From Octopus bimaculoides (taxonomy: Eukaryota): a stretch of DNA of 33,628 bases. The notes beneath the pieces were generated by a model. The model was not told where the DNA came from. It did no database searches and was given only the letters and a program-made list of their open reading frames with translations. Positions within the stretch are counted from its first letter, which is position 1. The number at the start of each line of letters is the position of its first letter. Below are positions 1 to 10,438 of this stretch, piece after piece. The stretch lies in assembly GCF_001194135.2 (NCBI RefSeq), contig NC_068987.1, forward strand, positions 16,569,415 through 16,603,042. The letters run 5' to 3'. The position numbers were made by a program, and so were the translations under genes.

Positions 1-190
1 CACATACAAGAGGAAGACTCACACACATGCACTGCTCACATACAAGAAGACTCACAGACATGCATTTGGTAGAACCTGGAACGCTCACATACAAGAAGAC
101 TCACACACTGGAACGCTCACATACAAGAAGAAGACTCATACACACACGCATTTGGTAGAACCAATTACATCACTCAAATACTCATTCACA
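1..190. repeat. Modular minisatellite (units such as CTCACATACAAGAAGACTCACACAC, GCATTTGGTAGAACC, TGGAACG)
   Basis: CATACAAGA(G)GAAGACTCA-like unit occurs 4 times, GCATTTGGTAGAACC twice and TGGAACGCTCACATACAAGAAG twice; the array is cut by the window start. Confidence 0.85.
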
Positions 191-265
191 CGCTCACACA
201 CACATACACACACTTCCTTTCTTTCTTTTTCCTTTTTTCATATACATACACAGTCTCATCCATAG

Positions 266-363
266 GACTACATAAATATTAAACCTGAAACTAGAAGACG
301 GACGGGTTTGAACCCGAACTTGACCTGGAGAGAGCATGTCATGCCATCGAAGAGGTCGCCAAG
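266..363 (+). CDS. Candidate internal coding exon of an unidentified host gene
   Basis: Pyrimidine tract at about 212-240, acceptor CATAG| at 265, donor AAG|GTAACG at 364, and visibly higher GC than the flanks. Only phase 0 is open over the 98 nt (DYINIKPETRRRTGLNPNLTWREHVMPSKRSP). Protein not recognised. Confidence 0.35.
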
Positions 364-592
364 GTAACGAAAGGACTTTAACAAACTGATTGATTGCTTG
401 ACTAACCGAATGATTAAGCAAACGATCGATTAAACTGTAAGGTTAGGATTATTTAGATAGTTTTACGCTGAATAACAGCATGTATTAGGGACTGTGTATG
501 CCATTGTTCAAGGGAAATCGCTTTTAAAAGAGCCATATGTAGTTATGTTGCGACTAACATGTATATATGACTATTTAATTTTGTTGGTTATA

Positions 593-858
593 AAAAAATA
601 ATAAATAAATGCGCCCTTTTAAAGCCTAGCCAGGCTCATGGGCCCCGGTTTCCCGGTTTGAATGGCGTATGTGCTCCCCAGCTGGACGGGACGCCAGTCC
701 ATCGCAGCGTTACTCATTTTTGCCAGATGAGTGGACTGGAGCAACGTGAAATGAAGTGTTTTGCTCAAGAACACAACGCGTTACCCGGTCCAGGAATCGA
801 AACCACAATCTTACGATCATAATGCTGACACCCTAACCACTGAGCCACGTGCCTCCGC
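593..858 (-). mobile_element. tRNA-derived SINE, family A
   Basis: Minus strand begins GCGGAGGCACGTGGCTCAGTGGTTAGG (A box) and has GTTTCGATTCC (B box), a central TTGTGTTCTTGAGCAAAACACTTCATTTCAC domain and an (ATTT)n tail. Perfect 11-bp TSD TGTTGGTTATA at 582-592 and 859-869. Confidence 0.9.
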
Positions 859-1970
859 TGTTGGTTATAGTTTGGATTATATTTGATATATTTCCGGTCA
901 GATAATCAGTAGGTGTCGTGTTAACATTGAGATATTATTTGGTTAGTTAGGCTATCGTTAGGGGGTGTATCGATTTGTAAATATTGGATTCTACGAGTAA
1001 ATTTTGGAAAAAAATGATGCATCAAGATATTCTGTTTCGAAATTAACAAGGAAAAAACTGAGCATGTCACAGCAAATCAAATTTAGTTCCCTTCTTCAAG
1101 ACTGTTGTAATGTGACTGAATGACACGAAATTTTTCTCAAGACAGAGGTCGCAGACATCTCGGCAGTTCCTTAATGTCTTATTAGTTAAGAAAAGCGTGT
1201 GGAGATGTAAGTGCTGTCGAAGCATTGTATGTTATTTCTGCTTCGAAAGTATACTGAACGTTGATTGGGCTACTATTTTGTTACGTCAATTTTTTGCGGA
1301 TATTTACGTTACAGGTCGTGTAGGAGGGTGTTCCTGATGTAAAACGTCGGCTTTCATATATTAACGAGAAAAAGAGATCTAGAATTCCATGTTACATATC
1401 TTTTGTAATAACAAAATAAATAGATTTCGTAAAATAAGATAACCTCGTAAAATAAGATGACGACAGACACGTTTTTGCTATTTAAGCTCGACCGGTATTA
1501 CTTGCTGTTTCAGTGTTGAGTGTGAAGGCGTTTATTTATTTATTTATTTATTTATTTATTTTCGAAATATAAGACTTTATCTTTAACGTTGTTCAGCACT
1601 TAATTAAGATTTGTTTGTATATACCAGAAATATTCTCTACTTGTTATTTACTTGACTTAATAGGCGGACGAAGAGCAATGCCCGTTGCATTTTGGAGGGT
1701 TTTGAGTGGAAGTGACACTCAATCCAGAGACCTGGCTCGAATACTTGTGAGACCCAAGAGCCATGTTATAGCGTTAAGCACGACTATTAAGTCCAAAATT
1801 CATGCGACTATATTCCTCCTTTTTGTCCAAAATCGCTAGTACCATTAAATGTGATAACTTATCGACATTGTTTCAAATACAATGTTTAATTTTTATATAA
1901 TACAAGGTGGGCATAATGTCAGGTACTATGTTAATAAAAATAGTTTAGTGTATATGGTTTTCTTTTGCAG

Positions 1971-2018
1971 ACCCTTGGGATGAATAGAAAGGAGCGTGTA
2001 GCAATAGATATCTGGTGA
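1971..2018 (+). CDS. Candidate terminal coding exon segment
   Basis: Strong acceptor GTTTTCTTTTGCAG| at 1970. All three frames reach a stop within 48 nt; phase 0 gives TLGMNRKERVAIDIW*. AATAAA at 2276 and 2317; a possible donor AAG|GTAATT at 2072. Confidence 0.3.
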   Translation, partial: TLGMNRKERVAIDIW

Positions 2019-3349
2019 ATTCAAAGAAGCACAATGAAATAAGAAATAAGTTTGGGAGGAAATTCAACAAGGTAATTAATACTCAATGGATAAGGTGATT
2101 AGTAAAGAAGCGAAATTAATCCTCTTAAGTGTCTGCAAAAGAAATCGTGTAAACTGAGCCGTTATTACGTTTGCCAAACACACACACACACACACACACA
2201 TACATATACGAAGTATATTTTCCATTCCAACTTTCTTCAGTTCGATCGAAAGTTCCAGTTGTATTCTCCCTCTGTAATAAATGACTTTGTTAAATTCTGT
2301 GCATAATATGTTTACCAATAAAAAATGTTTTCAGTTTCAAAACTGATTAAGGTCTGTAACCATAATGATGTTTCAAATATATTCTCCTAACACTATAAAT
2401 TCCTAGTCGGTTGTTTCTCTATATCTCTCATTACACTTTTGTCGTGCGCGCTCGCGTGTATGTATTACATAATGATTGCACTGTTATATTTCCTTTTCAA
2501 TTTATTTTTATTGTATTAGAATACAGTTTTAACCTTCTCCTTGTTTGCCTTGCCCATCTGTAACTTTTAATTGCTAAAATACCTTGTTAACATTTATAAT
2601 CTAATTAAGCTTAATGTGTCTCATTTGTATCTTATCACCGAGTAGGTAGAGACCTAGGAATCTAATTCCATGTTGAGCATTTAGGGATAGTTCTCTATCG
2701 TAAGACAATTTTTGCTCTATTGGATGTATAAGAGTCCTTTTTCTCGGTACATTTGTCCATTCCGAGCAGACTTATACTCAACTCGTATGACAGATATTCA
2801 CAGTATGAGTATGTCTTCTACACAGTCTGATGGACGGATATGATTCTCGAAACGGTGTTAAATAATAAGGCAAAGTCATACCCACTTCCATCATAGCATG
2901 TCTCAAAAGTTACCATTCATCGTCTATTTTTCCACTTTGCAGACTTGTGTCGGAGTCTTAATTTTATGAGTATTTTTTAAGTGCTTTTGGTGAAAAATAC
3001 GCCCTCATATCATGAACTGTATTCAACTGTTACCTTACGATACATTAAAAAAGGCACCCTATAAGATTTATCATATATTCACACATTCCCTATGAATATC
3101 CTTAGGTGATATAAACATCAGATATTCATCTATGCAGTGTGAAGTTTATGGCAAATATACTAAAGTTCCGCTAACTGCAGTCCACCTAAATGTACATGTT
3201 GCTCGATCATTAAGAGTACATAGCTGAACATTGTGAGCGAAAAGAAAGCGTATATGGGTTGATTGGATGTTTTTGTAACTAGTAATGATTAAAAAACAAC
3301 ATGGACTGTCGTTTCAATGTTTATTTTCCATCAAATATCACATACAAGT

Positions 3350-3536
3350 ATAAGTACGTACGTACGCATGTATGTATGTATGCATATATATATGTATGCA
3401 CGCATACATGTATGTTTGCATGTATGTATGTATTCATGTATGTATTCATATATGTATTCATATATTTATATATATATGCATGGTCATTTGACATGTATTT
3501 ATGAATGTATGTACGTATGTACGTATGTATGCACAT
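3350..3536. repeat. (TATG/TA)-type compound microsatellite, the target site of the RTE LINE
   Basis: Degenerate TATG/TA repeats read directly from the sequence. Confidence 0.9.
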
Positions 3537-3813
3537 CTTTGTGAACGGAACAAGATTAGAAGTCATTGACACCTTTGTTTACCTTGGAACCACACTGTCA
3601 AGGGATGGTGGTCTTGATGCAGAAATATACTATCGAATAGCGAAGGGAAGTGCAGCATTTGGAAAGCTTGAAAAGCGAGTATGGGCTGATAGAGATATCT
3701 CCCTGCAGACAAAAATCAGCATCTACAAAGCGTGTGTATTGACTGCACTTCTTTATTCAGGCGAAACATGGACCACTTACAAGCGTCATGTAAAGATGCT
3801 AGAAAGGTTTCAT
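3537..3813 (+). pseudogene. RTE ORF fragment, reverse-transcriptase C-terminal/thumb region
   Basis: Open frame from FVNGTRLEV to ERFH; YLG motif followed by the typical RTE KISIY...LLYSGETW segment. Confidence 0.9.
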
Positions 3814-4247
3814 NNNNNNNNNNNNNNNNNNNNNNNNNNNNNNNNNNNNNNNNNNNNNNNNNNNNNNNNNNNNNNNNNNNNNNNNNNNNNNNNNNNNNNN
3901 NNNNNNNNNNNNNNNNNNNNNNNNNNNNNNNNNNNNNNNNNNNNNNNNNNNNNNNNNNNNNNNNNNNNNNNNNNNNNNNNNNNNNNNNNNNNNNNNNNNN
4001 NNNNNNNNNNNNNNNNNNNNNNNNNNNNNNNNNNNNNNNNNNNNNNNNNNNNNNNNNNNNNNNNNNNNNNNNNNNNNNNNNNNNNNNNNNNNNNNNNNNN
4101 NNNNNNNNNNNNNNNNNNNNNNNNNNNNNNNNNNNNNNNNNNNNNNNNNNNNNNNNNNNNNNNNNNNNNNNNNNNNNNNNNNNNNNNNNNNNNNNNNNNN
4201 NNNNNNNNNNNNNNNNNNNNNNNNNNNNNNNNNNNNNNNNNNNNNTT

Positions 4248-4541
4248 CTGTCAAAAGCAGGATATGTGAATCACATGAAAACACATGAGGGTAGAAATTC
4301 CAGACACCCTAAATACCAACCGCCTTCTGCGACCTGTGGCATATGTCACAAGGTTTGTAAAACAATACCCGGACTTAAGAGACATATGCTGGTTCACAGA
4401 AGCGTTTCCTTAGAATCAGATACCAGCGGGCAAGGATCAAGAGGCCTGAACATTTGTCATCTGTGCTGTAGACCTTGTCGCTCAGCAGCCGGACTTCAAA
4501 GTCACTTGAGGGCTCACCAACAGAGTGATTGTACTGCATGA
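4248..4541 (+). pseudogene. RTE ORF C-terminus with tandem C2H2 zinc fingers
   Basis: LSKAGYVNHMKTH (end of a finger cut by the gap), CGICHKVCKTIPGLKRHMLVH and CHLCCRPCRSAAGLQSHLRAH, then TGA. Confidence 0.88.
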
Positions 4542-4610
4542 TGATATGTATGGATTGTTGATGGGATGGCTATCGTCTGTCAAGATGGAGCAGTCGTCAT
4601 GTATGCACAT

Positions 4611-4890
4611 ATATGTATGTATGCATGTATGTATTCATATATTTATATATATGCATGATCATTTGACAGGAGACTGTGGTTTCTAAGTGTCGCCGGCCCT
4701 ATACACGGATACATACATTATACACATACATTACATTATACATTATACACAAAAACATACATATATACTGAGATACATACGTAGATACATAGACATAGCT
4801 AATTGATATTGTGGTATGTATATATGTACACACATATAAATAAATAGATATATATATATATATCAATATATGTATATCAATATCTATCTA

Positions 4891-4965
<75 letters not shown>
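4611..4965. repeat. Compound microsatellites (TATG, TACAT, TA, TCTG, TC, GA)
   Basis: Read directly from the sequence. Confidence 0.85.
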
Positions 4966-5138
4966 GGAGATAATTGTACAGAATACAATTATAATTAAGG
5001 GTACAGAAGCTACCGTCCCTATAAGCTGAAAATAGGCGCCAAATACGTAGAGTCACTTTAAAATCTTCACCTTAGAATGTACACAAGTTGAAATCGGGAA
5101 AAGTGGACTGAGCAAAATTTCATAAAATAATTCAGATA

Positions 5139-5195
5139 GTTTTGGATTGATCAATTTCTGGATTAGTTTAATAACTTTTCCTTCATCAGCAAAAC
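5139..5195 (-). ncRNA. Type I hammerhead ribozyme (Penelope/retrozyme-like architecture)
   Basis: Minus strand reads GUUUUG-CUGAUGA-A-GGA-aa-AGUU-auua-AACU-aa-UCC-A-GAA-AUUGAUCAAU-C-CAAAAC. It has a 6-bp stem I, an intact CUGAUGA and GAAA core, a bipartite stem II, a palindromic stem III and an AUC cleavage triplet (cut between 5145 and 5144). Confidence 0.8.
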
Positions 5196-5627
5196 ATACT
5201 GAGTGAAATAAATAAAAATATTTATACCCACAAACAAAGCACACACGTAATGCGAGTACATACTAATATTCACAAATATGTACGCATTGAATTTCGTAGT
5301 CCACCTCAACACGTGTATATTTCGTCAGAATAGTTCAGAAGTAACTAAATTATCTCGAAGTGAATGGGATACATTTAAACATAATTAAAGGATAAAATAA
5401 TTAAAATTAATGAATTTTATCAGTTGCCAGCTTTCAGTCTGCTATAATGAATCCATAGACACATATAAAACATCCAAGGGTATATTTTTTCCTCTGCTCA
5501 AGTCATATAAATATAAATGAAATATTTACTGAACATTAATTGAAACAGCTGTAGGTGAAGATGATCAATTTGCTGTTGATAATAAGCAATTAATAACTTC
5601 CTAATCTCCATTTTCTTTTTCCTCTTC

Positions 5628-5649
5628 TTATATATCTATATCTATATCT

Positions 5650-5680
<31 letters not shown>

Positions 5681-5880
5681 TATNNNNNNNNNNNNNNNNN
5701 NNNNNNNNNNNNNNNNNNNNNNNNNNNNNNNNNNNNNNNNNNNNNNNNNNNNNNNNNNNNTATATATATACATATACATGGCATATATATACATATAAAT
5801 ACATATACATAGCATATATGTACATATGTATACAGACACATGCACGTCATAACTCACACACACACACACACATGCACACA
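5628..5880. repeat. (TATATC)n, (TA)n and (CA)n microsatellites with N-gap 5684-5760
   Basis: Read directly from the sequence. Confidence 0.9.
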
Positions 5881-6411
5881 TACGCATACTCAAACCATCT
5901 TCCATTTAAATTTTCAACAACTACCATTATTAGTTTAATACTATTAAGTTATGTCGACTATGCCTGAAATTCTGTCGAATAAATGAACGGGGAATTTATA
6001 TAAAAAAATAATCAAAACATAACAAAAACAAAAGGAAGAAAAATCAGATAAAAAAGAAGCAAAAAAAGATCAAGTTCGGATGTTGTTGTTTAATCGTAGG
6101 GCAAGATTTGAGGGGAGATTGGTTTTGCTAATTCTGGTAGTTTGAACGACCTCGTAGAAGCTAGTTCGTTCGTTTTCGTGGGTTGGTTATCAAAATTGTT
6201 TGCCTCTTAGTAAAGAACATGATACATGAAGGAAAAAAAAACCCAGAAAACGCGTGTGAGGGCATTAGGCATGCGCATTCCATGAGCAGCGTGTATGTCA
6301 AATCCCGGGAGTATATTTTCAAATGTCAGAAGAGTTGTTATTCACAAATAAATTATTGGCCAAATGGAATATTTAAAATGGTAGAAGCTTTCTGAAATAG
6401 AATACAAATAC

Positions 6412-6446
<35 letters not shown>

Positions 6447-6669
6447 CGTCTGTATATGATATAAGTAATAGTAAAACAAATATAAGCAAAAAATTTGCTT
6501 GTACGATAGGACGATAGGAATATTACATAATTTGGATGACTTTCGGAAAAATGAGAAGGTGAAATTGTGTTCAAAGTGCATTGTATTACACATTTGTTGC
6601 AGCCGCTCATAATATATGGGCGTTTATGTGCGCGCGCGCGCGTATGTGTGTAGCTGTACTTAAGACTTA

Positions 6670-6699
6670 AGTGTGTTTGTATATATATATGTGTGTGAG

Positions 6700-6738
<39 letters not shown>

Positions 6739-6913
6739 CTGTNNNNNNNNNNNNNNNNNNNNNNNNNNNNNNNNNNNNNNNNNNNNNNNNNNNNNNNNNN
6801 NNNNNNNNNNNNNNNNNNNNNNNNNNNNNNNNNNNNNNNNNNNNNNNNNNNNNNNNNNNNNNNNNNNNNNNNNNNNNNNNNNNNNNNNNNNNNNNNNNNN
6901 NNNNNNNNNNNNN

Positions 6914-6951
<38 letters not shown>

Positions 6952-7016
6952 TATGTATATGTATATGTATATATACAGGTATATGTATACATGTATAAAT
7001 AGATGTATGTATATGA

Positions 7017-7062
<46 letters not shown>

Positions 7063-7160
7063 TATGTATATATATATTTAAACTTATGTGTATATATGCG
7101 TATATATATATATATGTGTATACATAATTATATATACATATATAAATATATAATATGAAT
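6670..7160. repeat. (TA)n-rich microsatellite with N-gap 6743-6913
   Basis: Read directly from the sequence. Confidence 0.92.
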
Positions 7161-9865
7161 AAATATATGCCATAAATAACTCGTTCTCATATCTATTTTA
7201 CCGAAAATTCATAAATATCAACATACATTTCTTTCTCTCATCTTCCTTCCCTCTCACCCTGATTGTCCATCTGTTACTGTCTATCCATCTCTCTCGCTCT
7301 CTCTTTCTCCCTATACATGTATCTACGCGTCTGTGCGCGGGGTGAGCTTTGTGTGTGCTTGTATTGAGCATTTAAAATATATCAAGATTTAGTGTCATAC
7401 TGTTGTACACAGTGTAAGCATTCTGAGCGTGAACCGCTATTTATTTGAAGTACTATAAACCGGATACCAAGGAATAAAAAAGACAGGAAGCAATGTGTAG
7501 TAATAAATGTTCAAATGGTCATGAGGTCGACGATTCATATACCGCAAATATAATGCTTTGCAAAACATTTTTGTTTTTAACTATAGCTTCTTTTCTTCCA
7601 TTGATTATTTATCAACGCCGCCGTTTGATACGATCCAAGAAAATTTTAAACATACTAGTAAACATGGCTATCGACAGGTTGATCACCGGTTAAGAAGATC
7701 GCTTCGCAGCTACGTGGTTTCCGATCTAGCCCCACTGTGTGATAACAAGGGCGCGTGTCTACTTATATGCATATATGCGAGTGAATTTGTAGACGGAAAC
7801 TGTGAGGATAAACAGAAGTAATAAAGGGAAGATTTTTATTGGCCTGAAAACTAAACAAAATTCAAACTTCAATATCATTTCTCTTTTCACTGATGACTGA
7901 TATTACGTCTATATTTCAATAAGTTGTAATTTTCGTTTTGTCAGATAAACAGTTCTTTCTTTTTTTTGTTTTGCATTTTGGCACAAGGTGAGAAATTTGA
8001 AAGAAGGGAGGAATATAGAAGCTTGATTCAACGCCAATACTCAACATGTACGTAGAAAAAAATCGAAGTTAAAAGCAACCACGGTGCGATTAGAAAACGA
8101 ATACATGAAGCTAAATACCAGAATTTTACACGACGTTTAACTGAGCCGGCTGCTACACTAGTGTTTTATTTGCTATTAAATTATAAACGATAGTTGTAAG
8201 ACAATATTACCTTGCCTTGAAACCATTAAACATGTTAAAATTAATAGTCACTAACAGCAAACACACGTGACTAACAGATTACATTACATGCTTAATAATG
8301 GCCTCCCAAGGCATTAAAAGATTAAAGAAGAATAGAGCGATGGATACACTGTCTGCTTTATGAAATCACACATGTAGAATTCGAAAGTCGATTCAGTAAA
8401 TATAATTGTAGGATTAATAGAATGGAAAATAGATTAAAATTATCGCTTATATTCTTGTATGTATCGTCTCTTCCACGTCAGTGCTCATACTGTTTACAAC
8501 CTTATATATTCCGGCCAAAGATTATAGAGTCAATATCGAATCTTGTATTGCCATTCGAACATATAAAAAGAAAAAACGTTGATAGAAACGAGAACGAAAA
8601 GTCGTAAAAGCAGAAGAAACTTTAAGGCTAATTTGTATTAAGAATCCTAAGAGCCATTTCCTTTGTGTCAACTCTGAAAAACCAAAATTCATAGCAGAAT
8701 TTTATTATGTCGAGTTCGAATATAAAAAGTACTTATACAATTTCCTTTGCACATATCCTATCTCGTGGAGTCGGTTGTGAATATGGTAAATCTAAAAATA
8801 AGAAATCTATAGAAATAGCTTTGTACGTTGTCTTCATAGTTACCATTCAAGAAGTGTTGAAAAAGTATTACGTTTGGTAGCAAATATCAATGTGTTTGAT
8901 AGCCGGTAGCAATTCCAAGCCCAGTTTTATTAGGTTTTACAACAGGAATCGTACTATAAGCTAGAATGTTTTTTTCTCTTTATTTTCTTTTCAATAAAAC
9001 TTTTTATAGACAGATTTTTCAAACAAGGTGATTGCTGTTGCTACCGTTGTTAAGTGTCGCGAGAGATTTAACTCTCGGTGATTTTCGTGATTTCATGATC
9101 TAACAGGAAAAATTTATTGAAGTGGTCTCCTGTTTCTCGCTACATGTAACTCTGTTACATGACTTCAGGTCAGGACTTTAAGCTTATGAAATGCTAGTAA
9201 GTTATTACGGTGTTGTCTTGTACTAGCAACTAACAACTACCTAAGTTCCTGTTCATAGTTTCGTGGATAGGTGCAGTTAAATTAGAAATCTTGGCTCGGA
9301 GAACATTTTTAGCGCGACAAAGACGGGAGAAAAGTTCTGAAGAAATTTCGTTTGTTTTTAACGGAAGTACATTGTTCTCGTAATGTCTAACGAAGGTCGC
9401 TTAAACCATTACAAAAATTGCAGAAACCTAAAAGAGCAATGAAAGCGATGTCAGCTCTCTGCACATATATAGAGTATAAAAGTCTATTAATATAACTTAT
9501 AGGTTTATTATGAGCATAAATTATTGATTACATTCTTGTATGTTTCATATGTTTGTAAATCCACTGCTTATGACTTTCCACTTTCTATCTACAATCAATA
9601 TTATACCCATTTTTCTGACAAGTATGGGAGATAACTCCGAATGTGTTTCGGTGTTATTCTGATTGAAAATATTTCCAATATTATTGGTAGAACTCCAAAC
9701 ATCTTCCGGAGAGCATAGTTGATTAATATGACTCACGTATTAGTCTGATTCTGTACTTTATCAACCTTATATGTATGAAAATCAAAGTTGATACTCAGAG
9801 GATATAACTAAATATGGCAACTCATTCTGTTTCGAGCACAAACCCACCACCCATTGATAAAATGA

Positions 9866-10003
9866 TTTCTAATTTTAGTACAGTGCCTGAAATTTTATAG
9901 GAGACGAATAATCATTTACATTTGACTGGTACTTTATTTTAGTTAGCCCGGAGAGGTGAGATTGAAAGGCAAAGTTGATCTTGGCGGGATTTGAACTATA
10001 AAC
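9866..10003 (-). mobile_element. Degenerate SINE family C fragment
   Basis: GACTGGTACTTTATT...GAAAGGCAAAGTTGATCTTGGCGGGATTTGAACT matches the intact C copy at 13716-13930. Confidence 0.65.
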
Positions 10004-10050
10004 ATACAAAAGTCGTAAATTAGTTATTTAGTATTCCCCTGCACTAAATT

Positions 10051-10438
10051 TGTTGTTGTCGGCACTCCGTCGCTTACGACGTCGAGGGTTCCAGTCGATC
10101 CGATCAACGGAACAGCCTGCTCGTGAAATTAACGTGCAAGTGACTGAGCACTCCACAGACACGTGTACCCTTAACGTAGTTCTCGGGGATATTCAGCGTG
10201 ACACAGTGTGACAAAGCTGACCCTTTGAATTACAGGTACAAGAGAAACAGGAAGAAAGAGTGACAGAAAGTTGTGGCGAAAGAGTACAGCAGGGTTCGCT
10301 ACCATCCCTCGCCGGAGCCTCGTGGAGCTTTAGGTGTTTTCGCCCAATAAACACTCAAAACGCCCGGTCTGGGAGTCGAAACCGCGATCCAATTACCGCG
10401 AGTCCGCTGCCCTAACCACTGGGCCATTGCGCCTCCAC
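10051..10438 (-). mobile_element. tRNA-derived SINE, family B (about 390 bp), copy 1
   Basis: Minus strand starts GTGGAGGCGCAATGGCCCAGTGGTTAGG (A box) and ends in a (CAA)n tail. Near-identical to 18552-18940 and 25867-26254. No TSD seen. Confidence 0.93.

Larger units (their letters stand above)
3537..4598 (+). mobile_element. 5'-truncated RTE-clade (BovB-like) non-LTR retrotransposon, internal N-gap 3814-4245
   Basis: The translation YLGTTLSRDGGLDAEIYYRIAKGSAAFGKL...TKISIYKACVLTALLYSGETWTTY...LERFH matches the RTE reverse-transcriptase thumb/C-terminal region. Stop at 4539-4541, short 3' UTR, perfect 12-bp TSD ATGTATGCACAT at 3525-3536 and 4599-4610. Confidence 0.93.

Noticed and set aside
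2826-2858. CTGATGG...CGAAAC hammerhead-like motif
   Set aside because: The core has G in place of A9, and stems I and III cannot be formed.
3813-4248. Apparent frameshift between the RT part and the zinc-finger part of the LINE
   Set aside because: The N-gap length is an estimate, so the frame across it carries no information.
6220-6262. ATGAAGG...CCCAGAAAACGCGT resembling the 5139-5195 ribozyme layout
   Set aside because: There is no CUGA core and no stem I; too degenerate to support.
5590-7081. YIYI/ICIC-type ORFs in the supplied track (also 3301-3572, 12692-13132, 19744-20032, 23999-24392, 28015-29127, 30429-31196)
   Set aside because: They are translations of microsatellites and N-gaps, not genes.
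10340-10438. tRNA genes at SINE heads (also 770-858, 18850-18940, 26165-26254)
   Set aside because: They have A and B boxes but no closed cloverleaf and continue into SINE bodies with tails and TSDs.
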